Shown here piece after piece: positions 30,299 through 39,524 of a stretch of 64,000 nt of DNA. Positions within the stretch are counted from its first letter, which is position 1, and each line of letters opens with the position of its first letter. Source of the DNA: Candidatus Bathyarchaeota archaeon. GTDB taxonomy: Archaea; Thermoproteota; Bathyarchaeia; Bathyarchaeales; Bathycorpusculaceae. The position numbers and the translations under genes are program-made. The notes below the pieces were generated by a model, which had not been told where the DNA came from, made no database searches, and was given only the letters and a program-made list of their open reading frames with translations. The stretch is taken from the NCBI GenBank assembly GCA_963733095.1, contig CAVTBV010000007.1, positions 96,001-160,000 of the forward strand, written 5' to 3'.

Positions 30299-33190
30299 TT
30301 ATGGTCGTTTTCTGAGCATCAATAGAGCTAGCATAATGCCAACTACAATTATAGTGATAATTGTGGCAATTATTCCGGGCAGTATATATTGGTCAGACGT
30401 TGAAGCAGGTGCGGATGTTGGTCCAGCTGTTGATGCTGGTGCTTGCATTACTGTAAATCTGTCTTCTGTTGAAGATGGCCAGTAGCCATTGGTGCCTTGG
30501 AAGTTTGCGATAACAGTGAAGTCACCTGGAATGTCAGGTGTCCATGTTAAGCTGTAGGTGCCTGTTTCATCAGTTGTTGCCGTTCCAATAGTCCTATAGT
30601 TACCGTTAGAGTCCAAAACGTTTATCGTGACTGGAACGCCGGTGAAGTTGTTAGGCAGGGGTTTTTGTTGGTAGACGTAACCCATCCAGTCCTTCATGCT
30701 TGCGTCAGAAGCAACTGGAACTCCCTTGGGGAAGTCAGCTGCCTGCTGGTCTTGGTTTGTGCCTGCTGAAATATCCATTACTGTGCCTTTGATCACGATT
30801 GGTGTTCCCTCTGGCACACCCACGTTTGGTGCTGTGACGGTAGTTGTACTCGGTCCTCTGCCTACGCTGTAGATTTGGTTGTCGTATCCATTGTAAAATG
30901 TTGCAAAGCCATCTGCGATAGCGAAACTGATAAGATTAAATTCTCCAACGTATGATGAAAGAGTCCAAATTTCTTGTCCCGTGGATGCGTTAACAGCCCG
31001 TACTAGTGCACCTTTGTAAATTGGATCAGTGATAGTGTGTTCAGTGCTTGCCAAGTATATTACTCCATTACCGATAGCGTTTATGAAAGTTGGATATTCA
31101 CCATAAAAGACGTTCAAGCCCGCGTAAGTTGTGTTGCCTTCCCCGCCATTGCCAAAGGTAAACACCAAGTCTCCAGTTGTTAAATTCCAGCAGTACAGTA
31201 TTCCTGCGAATGCACTTGCGTAGAGGTTGCCGTAAGCAGCTTGATAGTCGGCGTCTGGAGTGCCGGGTTCGCCATAATAGTCAAAGGGTGCGCGAGGTTC
31301 AGTTGGACCCCATATTCTTTCGCCCGTGGCCAGGCTGTATCCTACAACTTGCATAGTTTCTCCATATGATTCAGTGAATACACCGTGTCCATTGTCGGCT
31401 GTTGGATCAATTACGCCTGATACGACAGTGAGGTTTCCTGCGGGAGGGTTATACGTCTTGGTCCAAAGTACCTGACCTATTGAGCCTTTAGAAGAGTCAA
31501 GATTGATGGTAAAGTAGGTGTATGGATCTTGCGGTAAACCATTTTTATTTGCTGCAAAACCATTAGGCAATGTACCGATTCTGCAAAGCAACAGATTGTT
31601 GGTGAAAGCTGCAACAATCGTAGGTGCTGAGGTCTGAGTATTAAGTGATGATATTGAAACGTTCCAGTCGTAAGTAGTTGTTCCGTGGCCAGAAAGAGTT
31701 CCGCCTATAGTAGAGGAGTTAAGTGGGACGTTTGCATCGACTATAAGCGCAGAGCCATAAGGTACCTGAGTGGTGCGTCCATTTGGCAGATAACCATTTG
31801 TGCCTGTAACTGGAATAGGGACATTTGTGACTAGGACTCCGTTGCTTGCATTTATGATGGACGGCGACAGGCTTCCGCCTCCAGTGTATGGGTTAATGTC
31901 GTATTGCCAAAGCTTGCTTGAGTTCCACTGAGCCAAATACCATTGTGGATTCGAATTTGTGCCTGCGTTTGCAAAGACATACCTCAATTGTTCACCGTTT
32001 GGACCTGCAGCTGGAGCACCATTTGGAACATTAGTCACATTAAACATTGGATCTCCAGTGTAAGCATTGAAAGCTTGGGCAAAGTTTGATGTAAACAGTA
32101 TTGGCGGAAAAACTCCGTGTTGATCTGGATCCCACAGGTTGAATATGTAGCCGAAAGAGAGCGCAGGGACATCGGTTCGAGACCAGATGAGTTCCCCTGT
32201 GCGGAGGTCAACGCAGTCTGTTGGTCCAGTATAGGGTCCGTTAAACCATATTGGTTCGGTGTAGTATAGGTATCCGTTGATTATTATGGGGTTTGTGTAT
32301 CTGTTTTGGTAGGATGAGCCTTCGAAGTAGGCAGCTCCTGGAACTGCTCCATTAGGGTTTGAGCCACCAGCAACAAATGGGTTTCCTCCAACGACTCCAC
32401 CCATTTCCATTGGTTTTGTCCACATTATGTGGGACGTTAAAGGTCCAACAGCATCTCCAGGGTATCGCTGGATTTGGTTGCCGTTGCTGAGACCGCTGAT
32501 AAATCCTGATCCTGTTGCTGACGCTACTGCTGATCCTGTTCCAAGCCAGTTTGATGAAATCGTCCACCAATCAGTGTTCTCGCCATATATTGGATGTGTC
32601 CAGTATTGGGTAGGTAGAGGATAGCTACTTATGGCTTCAGGTATTGGGTCTTGCTCTACAGTGAGAGTCGTTGATACAGAGCTAGGCAAATATGTGTCGT
32701 TAATTAGGGAGGATTTTTCGTAGTGTTCATATTGAGCATAGGCTTGTCCTGGAAAGCTGAAGTTGAAAGTGTATGTGCCGACTTGGTCGGGAGTGATTTT
32801 TGTAAATTGTGATGATGTGGTATCAGAGATGACATCAAATGTCTGTGTTGTTGATGTGCCGTCCGGTGCTGTTATAGTGAGTTTGTAGTTGTGGAACCTA
32901 TAGTTGTTTGCAAGCAATGCTGCACTAGCGGTAGAACCATTCGTTCCAATATCCGCGGTAGTTCCCCCTGCTGCGCCGAAAACACAATCAAGCCACATGT
33001 AGATGTGTGCTGTTTGTCCGACACCAATAGGGGAAGGTGCCGCAACAATGAAGGCGTACGTTGGAATTTGCCAGCCTGGATCATGAGCACTAACATTTGG
33101 CACTAACATAGTTGATGTTCCTATAGAAACTGTCAAGATTACTGCAATCAAAATAGCCATAGATTTACTTTTCAAAGTTTTCATTTGCAT
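30299..33190 (-). CDS. Large surface-anchored PQQ-like beta-propeller protein, paralog 1
   Basis: Signal peptide, Ig-like N-domain, repeated TG...W blades, Ig-like C-domain, S/T/P linker, TM helix + LMLRKRP. Confidence 0.85.
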   Translation of the reverse strand: MQMKTLKSKSMAILIAVILTVSIGTSTMLVPNVSAHDPGWQIPTYAFIVAAPSPIGVGQTAHIYMWLDCVFGAAGGTTADIGTNGSTASAALLANNYRFHNYKLTITAPDGTSTTQTFDVISDTTSSQFTKITPDQVGTYTFNFSFPGQAYAQYEHYEKSSLINDTYLPSSVSTTLTVEQDPIPEAISSYPLPTQYWTHPIYGENTDWWTISSNWLGTGSAVASATGSGFISGLSNGNQIQRYPGDAVGPLTSHIMWTKPMEMGGVVGGNPFVAGGSNPNGAVPGAAYFEGSSYQNRYTNPIIINGYLYYTEPIWFNGPYTGPTDCVDLRTGELIWSRTDVPALSFGYIFNLWDPDQHGVFPPILFTSNFAQAFNAYTGDPMFNVTNVPNGAPAAGPNGEQLRYVFANAGTNSNPQWYLAQWNSSKLWQYDINPYTGGGSLSPSIINASNGVLVTNVPIPVTGTNGYLPNGRTTQVPYGSALIVDANVPLNSSTIGGTLSGHGTTTYDWNVSISSLNTQTSAPTIVAAFTNNLLLCRIGTLPNGFAANKNGLPQDPYTYFTINLDSSKGSIGQVLWTKTYNPPAGNLTVVSGVIDPTADNGHGVFTESYGETMQVVGYSLATGERIWGPTEPRAPFDYYGEPGTPDADYQAAYGNLYASAFAGILYCWNLTTGDLVFTFGNGGEGNTTYAGLNVFYGEYPTFINAIGNGVIYLASTEHTITDPIYKGALVRAVNASTGQEIWTLSSYVGEFNLISFAIADGFATFYNGYDNQIYSVGRGPSTTTVTAPNVGVPEGTPIVIKGTVMDISAGTNQDQQAADFPKGVPVASDASMKDWMGYVYQQKPLPNNFTGVPVTINVLDSNGNYRTIGTATTDETGTYSLTWTPDIPGDFTVIANFQGTNGYWPSSTEDRFTVMQAPASTAGPTSAPASTSDQYILPGIIATIITIIVVGIMLALLMLRKRP

Positions 33191-33324
33191 TTTTCTTCCT
33201 TCAATTTTAGAATTGAGTGAAGTAACCACTTCACACAAATTAGCTACTGCAAAGGTTTCACTATAAATAACTTATCCAACTCTCTCCATCCAAAAAAGAG
33301 AAAATATTAACTTCATTATACATA

Positions 33325-33530
33325 AAAAATCTAGTTATCGCACTGTTGTTAAACGAACAAAATAATTTTTGAAGATCAAAATTCAGGATACTCTTTTCAT
33401 CTAAGCAAATTTATGGATTACAACTTTTCTATTAAGGAGTATTTTAAGTGACTATCCGGTTATTGGTCTTTGGGCAATTCAAAGCTAATTGATTAGGGAT
33501 AAGGCTAAACCGGAAAAGGTCATGCAGACG
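33325..33530. repeat. Degenerate direct repeat (also at 36552-36790, partial at 38231-38330)
   Basis: Shared CTAGTYATCGCACTGTTGTTRAACGAACAAA...CTCTTTTCATCTAAGCAA...GCAATTCAAA. Confidence 0.75.
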
Positions 33531-33622
33531 GAGGAAATGCCGCACTTTTTGCAGTACGCACCGCCGCCTGCAGGATGACCTTCAGACATTTCCTGATCTA
33601 ATTTTTCTTTAATCTGTAAAAT

Positions 33623-33718
33623 TGTCGTCAGTGGGCACTGGATACTCCAAAAATTTATAAAGAAATCCCGTAAATAAGGGGTTTTGGACAAGGACTTCTT
33701 TTCGATTTTGTTCTTGTC
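33623..33718 (+). promoter_or_regulatory. Conserved promoter and 5' UTR hairpin of beta-propeller gene
   Basis: TTGT-N3-CAGTGGGCAC box, TTATAAAG TATA and GACAAGGAC/GTTCTTGTC stem; equivalents at 39399-39496 and 53642-53733 (minus). Confidence 0.7.
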
Positions 33719-33746
33719 ACATAAAAATAAAAGGAGAAAAAGTCAA

Positions 33747-36404
33747 ATGCAAAATTTAAAAGGCAAAACTATGGCTATTTTAGCCGTCGCAATCTTGACA
33801 ATCTCTATGGGAGCAATATTCTCACAGACTGTGAATGCGCATACACCAGCATGGAACATCCCGACTTATGCATACGTCAACGTTGCACCTAACCCCGCAG
33901 GGCTAGGCCAGACTGTTAACATAGGTATGTGGATTAACAACCCCCCACCAGACGCAAGTCGCACCTACGGTGACCGATGGAATAACTTCATGGTGACAAT
34001 CACTAACCCTGACGGAACAACCGAAAAATTAGGACCATTTTCATCCGACGATACAGGAGGAACCCACGCAGACTTTACACCCAGCCAACTTGGCAACTAC
34101 AGCTTCTTCTTTAGCTTCCCAGGACAAACACTTGCAGGAAACAATCTCGACCCGACATCAGGCGGAGCAGCAGCTTATCCAAACATAGGAGACTATTACT
34201 TACCGAGCAATGCAACGACAACCCTTACAGTTCAACAAACAGCAGTACCAATCATTCCTCAAACACCACTTCCAACAAGTTACTGGACTCGACCAATAGA
34301 ATCAGTAAACCAATACTGGTACATCATCAGCGGCAACTGGCTCGGACTCGGCGCTTCCACTTTTTCAACAACTGGACAGTACAACACCAACGGAAACTAT
34401 AACCCGTACACAACAGCACCAACAACAGCTCACTTACTATGGACAAAACCAGCAGCACCCGGAGGCTTAATTGGAGGAGAATTCGGCTATGATGAAACAA
34501 GCAACTTCAATGCACCACAACAATACCAGCCCAAATTTGCTCCAGTAATCATGAACGGTATATTATACTACGAACAATACCCCAATGCGCAATCCACACC
34601 CGAAGGATGGGTTGCCGTAAACTTACACACTGGAGAGACACTTTGGACCATAAACCCAAATGCAGACTTATTATGTGGTCAACTGCTTGATTATGTAACT
34701 CCTAATCAATACGGTGCACTCACATATCTTTGGGGCATCGCGCCAACAACAGCTCACGGAGCGGTTGGAAGTGTCGTGCATCCCAACACACCTCCGAACA
34801 CTGGTACAACATACACGTTATATGATGCAACAACAGGCAACTATGTACTATCCATAGTTAACGGAACAGGAATGACACTCACTGAAGATGCAGGAGGAAA
34901 CCTGATAGGGTACTACGTTAACTCAAGCACCGCAAACCAATGGAAAAAACCAACATTAAACATGTGGAATTCCACACAATGTATCGACAAACTAAACCCT
35001 GCAACACCAGGATATTCATATGCTAAGCAATCTGAATGGTACTGGGAACCAATCCAAGGCGATGTTATCCCATTTAGCTACGGAATACAATGGTCAGCAC
35101 CATTATCCACAGACATCAACGGCGCAGCACTCCCAGGAACTCTATCAATCAGCGGCACCAGCTTGGGAGAAAGTAACGTAGTGCTCATGATATCAGCAGC
35201 AACTGGAGGAACAGGCAGCTTCCAAATAGGCTACCAAATCGAAGCAGGCTACGACGCAACCACAGGAGCACAGCTCTGGATAACCAACCGAACCGAAGTA
35301 CAGAACACAAGACTATACACTCTTCCAGCAACCGCAGGAAACTTTGCAGAAGTCAACTACAACACAGCAACCGTCAACGGATACAGCATGACGACTGGAA
35401 AACAGGTCTGGGGACCCATAGCACTTCCAAACCCTGACCCCTACGACAGTCTTGGAGGGTACCAAGCAGTATCTGCTAACGGAACCTGCTACATGTGGGG
35501 ATTCGGAGGAACCATATATGCAATCGACATGTCTAATGGAAACATTGTTTGGCACACAACGACAGAGGAGCTAAGCGGTCCCTCAGGTTCAGATACTCCC
35601 TACGGAACATGGCCAATATGGACCTTCACCGTCGGCTCAGTCGCAGGCGGCGAACTATTTGTACCAGAAGGCCACCAGTACAGTCCGCCGATGTTTAGAG
35701 GAGCCAGCCAACTAGCAGTAAACCTAACCAACGGACAACTGGTATGGAGCATGCTTGGATTCGACGTCACAAGCGGACCAGCCATCGCAGACGGCATCAT
35801 GACAGCATTCAATTCCTACGACAACCAGATCTACGCTTATGGCATGGGAGCAACAGAAACCACTGTCAACGCACCCAGCGTTGGCGTTACCACTTCTACA
35901 CCTATTACTATAAGCGGCACAATCACTGACCTCTCCGCTGGTTCACAACAAGAAGCAGCAGCAGCAAACTTCCCCCACGGACTACCAGCAGTTTCCGACG
36001 CAAGCCAAACCGGCTGGATGGAATACGTCTACATGCAGCAACCTTTCCCAACAAACACAACAGGCGTTCCAATCACAGTTAGCGTCATTGACTCAAACGG
36101 CAACACCAGACAAATCGGCAGCACCACAAGCGATAGCAGCGGAACTTTCGCTTTAACATGGACTCCTGACATACCAGGCGACTACACGGTTATCGCAAAC
36201 TTTGCAGGCTCAGAATCATATTATCCATCAAGCGCGGAAGCACACTTCACAGCCGCCGAACCAGCATCCACAGCTCCCCCCGTTGCAGCAACTGCACCAT
36301 CGATGGCAGATCAATACTTCCTTCCATCAGTCGCAGCCATAATCGTCGTCATCATAATAGTCGGTGCTGTACTGGCTCTGTTGATGCTCAGGAAACGACC
36401 ATAA
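33747..36404 (+). CDS. Large surface-anchored PQQ-like beta-propeller protein, paralog 2
   Basis: Same architecture as paralog 1; SD AAGGAG; ends LMLRKRP. Confidence 0.85.
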   Translation: MQNLKGKTMAILAVAILTISMGAIFSQTVNAHTPAWNIPTYAYVNVAPNPAGLGQTVNIGMWINNPPPDASRTYGDRWNNFMVTITNPDGTTEKLGPFSSDDTGGTHADFTPSQLGNYSFFFSFPGQTLAGNNLDPTSGGAAAYPNIGDYYLPSNATTTLTVQQTAVPIIPQTPLPTSYWTRPIESVNQYWYIISGNWLGLGASTFSTTGQYNTNGNYNPYTTAPTTAHLLWTKPAAPGGLIGGEFGYDETSNFNAPQQYQPKFAPVIMNGILYYEQYPNAQSTPEGWVAVNLHTGETLWTINPNADLLCGQLLDYVTPNQYGALTYLWGIAPTTAHGAVGSVVHPNTPPNTGTTYTLYDATTGNYVLSIVNGTGMTLTEDAGGNLIGYYVNSSTANQWKKPTLNMWNSTQCIDKLNPATPGYSYAKQSEWYWEPIQGDVIPFSYGIQWSAPLSTDINGAALPGTLSISGTSLGESNVVLMISAATGGTGSFQIGYQIEAGYDATTGAQLWITNRTEVQNTRLYTLPATAGNFAEVNYNTATVNGYSMTTGKQVWGPIALPNPDPYDSLGGYQAVSANGTCYMWGFGGTIYAIDMSNGNIVWHTTTEELSGPSGSDTPYGTWPIWTFTVGSVAGGELFVPEGHQYSPPMFRGASQLAVNLTNGQLVWSMLGFDVTSGPAIADGIMTAFNSYDNQIYAYGMGATETTVNAPSVGVTTSTPITISGTITDLSAGSQQEAAAANFPHGLPAVSDASQTGWMEYVYMQQPFPTNTTGVPITVSVIDSNGNTRQIGSTTSDSSGTFALTWTPDIPGDYTVIANFAGSESYYPSSAEAHFTAAEPASTAPPVAATAPSMADQYFLPSVAAIIVVIIIVGAVLALLMLRKRP

Positions 36405-36420
36405 AAACGCCAAAATAAAT

Positions 36421-36441
36421 CCCATCTTTCCCCTTTTTTTA
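36421..36441 (+). terminator. Pyrimidine/T-tract terminator
   Basis: CCCATCTTTCCCCTTTTTTT after the stop; similar tracts follow the other paralogs (e.g. 42212-42226). Confidence 0.55.
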
Positions 36442-36850
36442 GTTTTTTAAACGCATTAGAGAAAAAATGAGGGCTGAGTAGGCTTTGGTTACCAATTATC
36501 CCGGGATTATTTTCTTATAAAAAAGTAAAAGGATTAACTCCATTACACACAAAAAACCTAGTCATCGCACTGTTGTTGAACGAACAAATAGTCTTTTGAG
36601 GATAATTCCGGAACCTCTTTTCATCTAAGCAACTGTATCGATTACAACTGTCCTACTGCAGAATATTTTGAGCGACTGCCCAGTTATTGATCTTGAGCAA
36701 TTCAAAGCTATCTAATTAAAGATAAAGCGAAACTACAAAATGTTATGCAGCAAGAACAGAAAAACTTCCAAGACATATTGCTGAAAAAATCAAAAGTGGC
36801 AAAGCATCAGCCTGGAAAAGCCTATTGCCCTTCTTTGAACCCTAAAACCT

Positions 36851-36902
36851 TGTGCCGTCATCCTTCTCAATTCACGAGATGGCGAACACCTGAACCTAAT
36901 TA
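36851..36902 (+). repeat. Structured repeat, copy 2 of 3
   Basis: TGTGCCGTCATCCTTCTC AATTCAC GAGATGGCGAACACCTGAACCTAATTA. Confidence 0.7.
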
Positions 36903-37168
36903 GACATTAAGCGGAAAATGCAATCCTTCTCGCAGAAGGCTTTTTTTCTAAGCTGTTACAAAATCGCTCAGAAAACTTGGGTATTCTCGGCAAGTTCCCA
37001 ACCCTAGGCACCAACGACCGTTCTTAGCTAAGCTCTATCATAGCACTTTTTCTTTATAACTTTGAACATAAATTATAAGGCTCATGTTGTTACTTCCATG
37101 CCGAATAGCTTGATGAGTATGAAAACATTTAAGTGCGATATTCAAATAATTCTTACAGAGGATAAAAG

Positions 37169-37399
37169 TTGGAAAATGAAATTGTCGTAAAAAAGAAAGG
37201 GCAGGCAACCATTCCAGCAAAAACTCGTAAAAAGTTCAAGATAGAAGAAGGCACCAAACTTCAATTAATTGAAACAGAGGACAGCATAATATTAAAGCCT
37301 AAAAAGTCATTCTGGGATATGTTGGGCGCGTATTCCGAGTTTGGAACCCCTGAGGAAGTAAAAAAAGAACTTGACAAGCTCAGGCATGAAGATGAATAA
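37169..37399 (+). CDS. AbrB/MazE antitoxin
   Basis: KKGQATIPAKTRKKFKIEEGTKL. Confidence 0.9.
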   Translation: MENEIVVKKKGQATIPAKTRKKFKIEEGTKLQLIETEDSIILKPKKSFWDMLGAYSEFGTPEEVKKELDKLRHEDE

Positions 37400-37772
37400 A
37401 GCAGTATATGACACGAGGTTCTTCGTCGACTCTTTCTACTCCAAAGATGAGTCGATGCTGAAAAAGATAAGAGCACATAGGGCGCGAAAAAGATACGTTT
37501 CAGCAATAGTTGTCCACGAAGTCTACAATCTTGCCATAAAAAGGGAAAGTCGAGAAACAGCGAAAAATCAAGTGGCTCATATAAAAGAAGAGTTTGAAGT
37601 AGTCCCTGTCGATGATCAAATAGCACAAATCTCCGCTGAGCTAAGACACAAATATAATCTCTCGATGGGCGATAGCATGATTGCCGCCACAGCCTTCGTG
37701 CTTAAGGCAGTCTGCATTTCAGACGATCCGCATTTTGAGCAGATCAAAGAAATCGAAACAACATGGATCTAA
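37386..37772 (+). CDS. vapC: VapC/PIN toxin
   Basis: VYDTRFF...HEV...LSMGDSMIAATA...SDDPHF motifs. Confidence 0.92.
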   Translation: MKMNKAVYDTRFFVDSFYSKDESMLKKIRAHRARKRYVSAIVVHEVYNLAIKRESRETAKNQVAHIKEEFEVVPVDDQIAQISAELRHKYNLSMGDSMIAATAFVLKAVCISDDPHFEQIKEIETTWI

Positions 37773-38442
37773 TAAAGAACCTATTTTTGGATTAAGAAGA
37801 CACGATATCCGTTTGTTGCCAAATTGAACCAAATTTAACAAGAAAGGCTCAATTTACATAGCCCTTTTAGGATCAGCAGATAGTCTTCTGAAAGAAGAAG
37901 GTTGCTGCACGGGCGCTTCTTCTTCTATTGGAGCTTTTTTCTTGTCGGCCACCGAAGCTACCCCAGATATCGCAGGTTTTTTTGCATCGCAAATTTTTTC
38001 GCCAGCGGAGCATAGATTTTTTTGAAAACTAAAATTTTCTGTGGTATCTGTGGTTGTTGGGGTGGTTTTTAGTTGTGTTTGACCATATTTTTGAAGGAAT
38101 AAGAAGGCTGTTTAGGACATGGTTTCTTTAGGCTGGCGAAGTAACCTGGAAACTTTTGTCAAGATAATGGAATTAATAGATAAAATGTAGGGCGGCAGTT
38201 CTGGGAAACTAAAACAGTTTTTGACCTCCCAGGGCAATTCAAAACTACTTGATTAAGGAAAAGGCTAAACCGGAAAAGGTCGAGCAGGCAGAACAGGAAT
38301 ACTGCCAAAACACATTAGCTTGAAAAAGATTAAAGGCTCTACTTGCGCGACTAATTATCGAAATAGAAAAATATCACACCAAAAAATAACCACTAACCTC
38401 AACTGCAAAAACTAATAAACCAAACACCCAGAGCAAACATCG

Positions 38443-39082
38443 CTAAGTCAAAAACTCTAAGAGCTTTTCCAGGTTGGGTATGATGCCGTCTGGGTTGGCT
38501 TCTTTTAGTTGTTGGATCGTTGCTATTCCTGTTGTCACGGCAATTGTTTTGATGCCGGCGGCTTTTCCTGTTAGGATATCTATTGGGCTGTCCCCGACGT
38601 AGAGGCATTCTTCTTTTTTTATTTTGAATTCTGTGATGATCTTGTTGAGTCCCTCCGGGTTAGGCTTATTCTTGACGTCTTCCTTGGCTAGCATAACGTC
38701 AAAATAATCTTTTAGCGAGAATTTCGATACGACTGCCTTTAATGGCTTGCTTGGTGTTGTGGTCAAAAGACCTAGCTTTATCCGCATAGATTTTAGAGTC
38801 TTCAGAGTGCTTTCAACGTGTGGTAGGAGCTGGCAGCGTGTGCTGCAAAACGCGGTGTACTCGTCAAAGACGTCTTTTTCAATTTCTTTTGCGGCGGATC
38901 TCGGTTATATGGGCTTTTGAGCTTATAATGTCGATGAGTGGAAGTCCAGCCATGCCACCAAGTAATTCGACCTCGATTGGCGGCAACCCCTTCTTTTTGA
39001 GCGCATCATTTAAGGCGTCAAAGACCATCGCCATCGAATCCACTATTGTACCGTCGAAATCAAACACAACGCCCTTAATCAT
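38443..39082 (-). pseudogene. HAD-superfamily hydrolase (phosphoglycolate phosphatase-like), frameshifted
   Basis: FDFDGTIVDS in one ORF; KPNPEG and YVGDSPIDI in the next. Confidence 0.85.
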
Positions 39083-39143
39083 CAAATCTCCCAGTCGGAG
39101 ATGAACCATCTTTTATTAAAAGCTAATTGAGGCACTTACTGGT

Positions 39144-39220
39144 TTATCCAAAAATCTCTAACTTAGCCACATGGTTTCAGGTAAGTCCTTGAAGTGCTGG
39201 TACGCGGTTAGAATTTTGCT
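39144..39220 (-). pseudogene. 3' remnant of a vapC related to 29340-29747
   Basis: Aligns by eye to 29328-29400 (HFKDLPETMWLS versus HFKDLPETLWIS). Confidence 0.7.
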
Positions 39221-39524
39221 TTGATATTGGTCAGTTAAATATTAAGCCGGCTTTCTATAAACCAACATATTCCCCTACAGTTTTGATAAATCGATCGCTA
39301 GAAAGGTTATAGAGTTGCATTCAGAATTCAACTTGCAGGCGGACCTCTATTAGTTTAGGTATGACAATTTCTTGATATTTTTCGTCTATCTACAAAATTG
39401 TAGTCAGTGGGCACCGAATTCCCCCAAGACTTATAAAGAGAAATCCATAATCAAGGGGTTTATGGCAAGGACATCTTTTCGATCTTTTTCTTGTCATAAA
39501 AGAATTAAAGGAAGAAAAAACCAA

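Noticed and set aside
36851-36902. Fluoride riboswitch or H/ACA guide identity for the three-copy hairpin
   Set aside because: The GAUGG 5' element and pseudoknot are absent; no K-turn or pseudouridylation pocket is evident despite the terminal ACA
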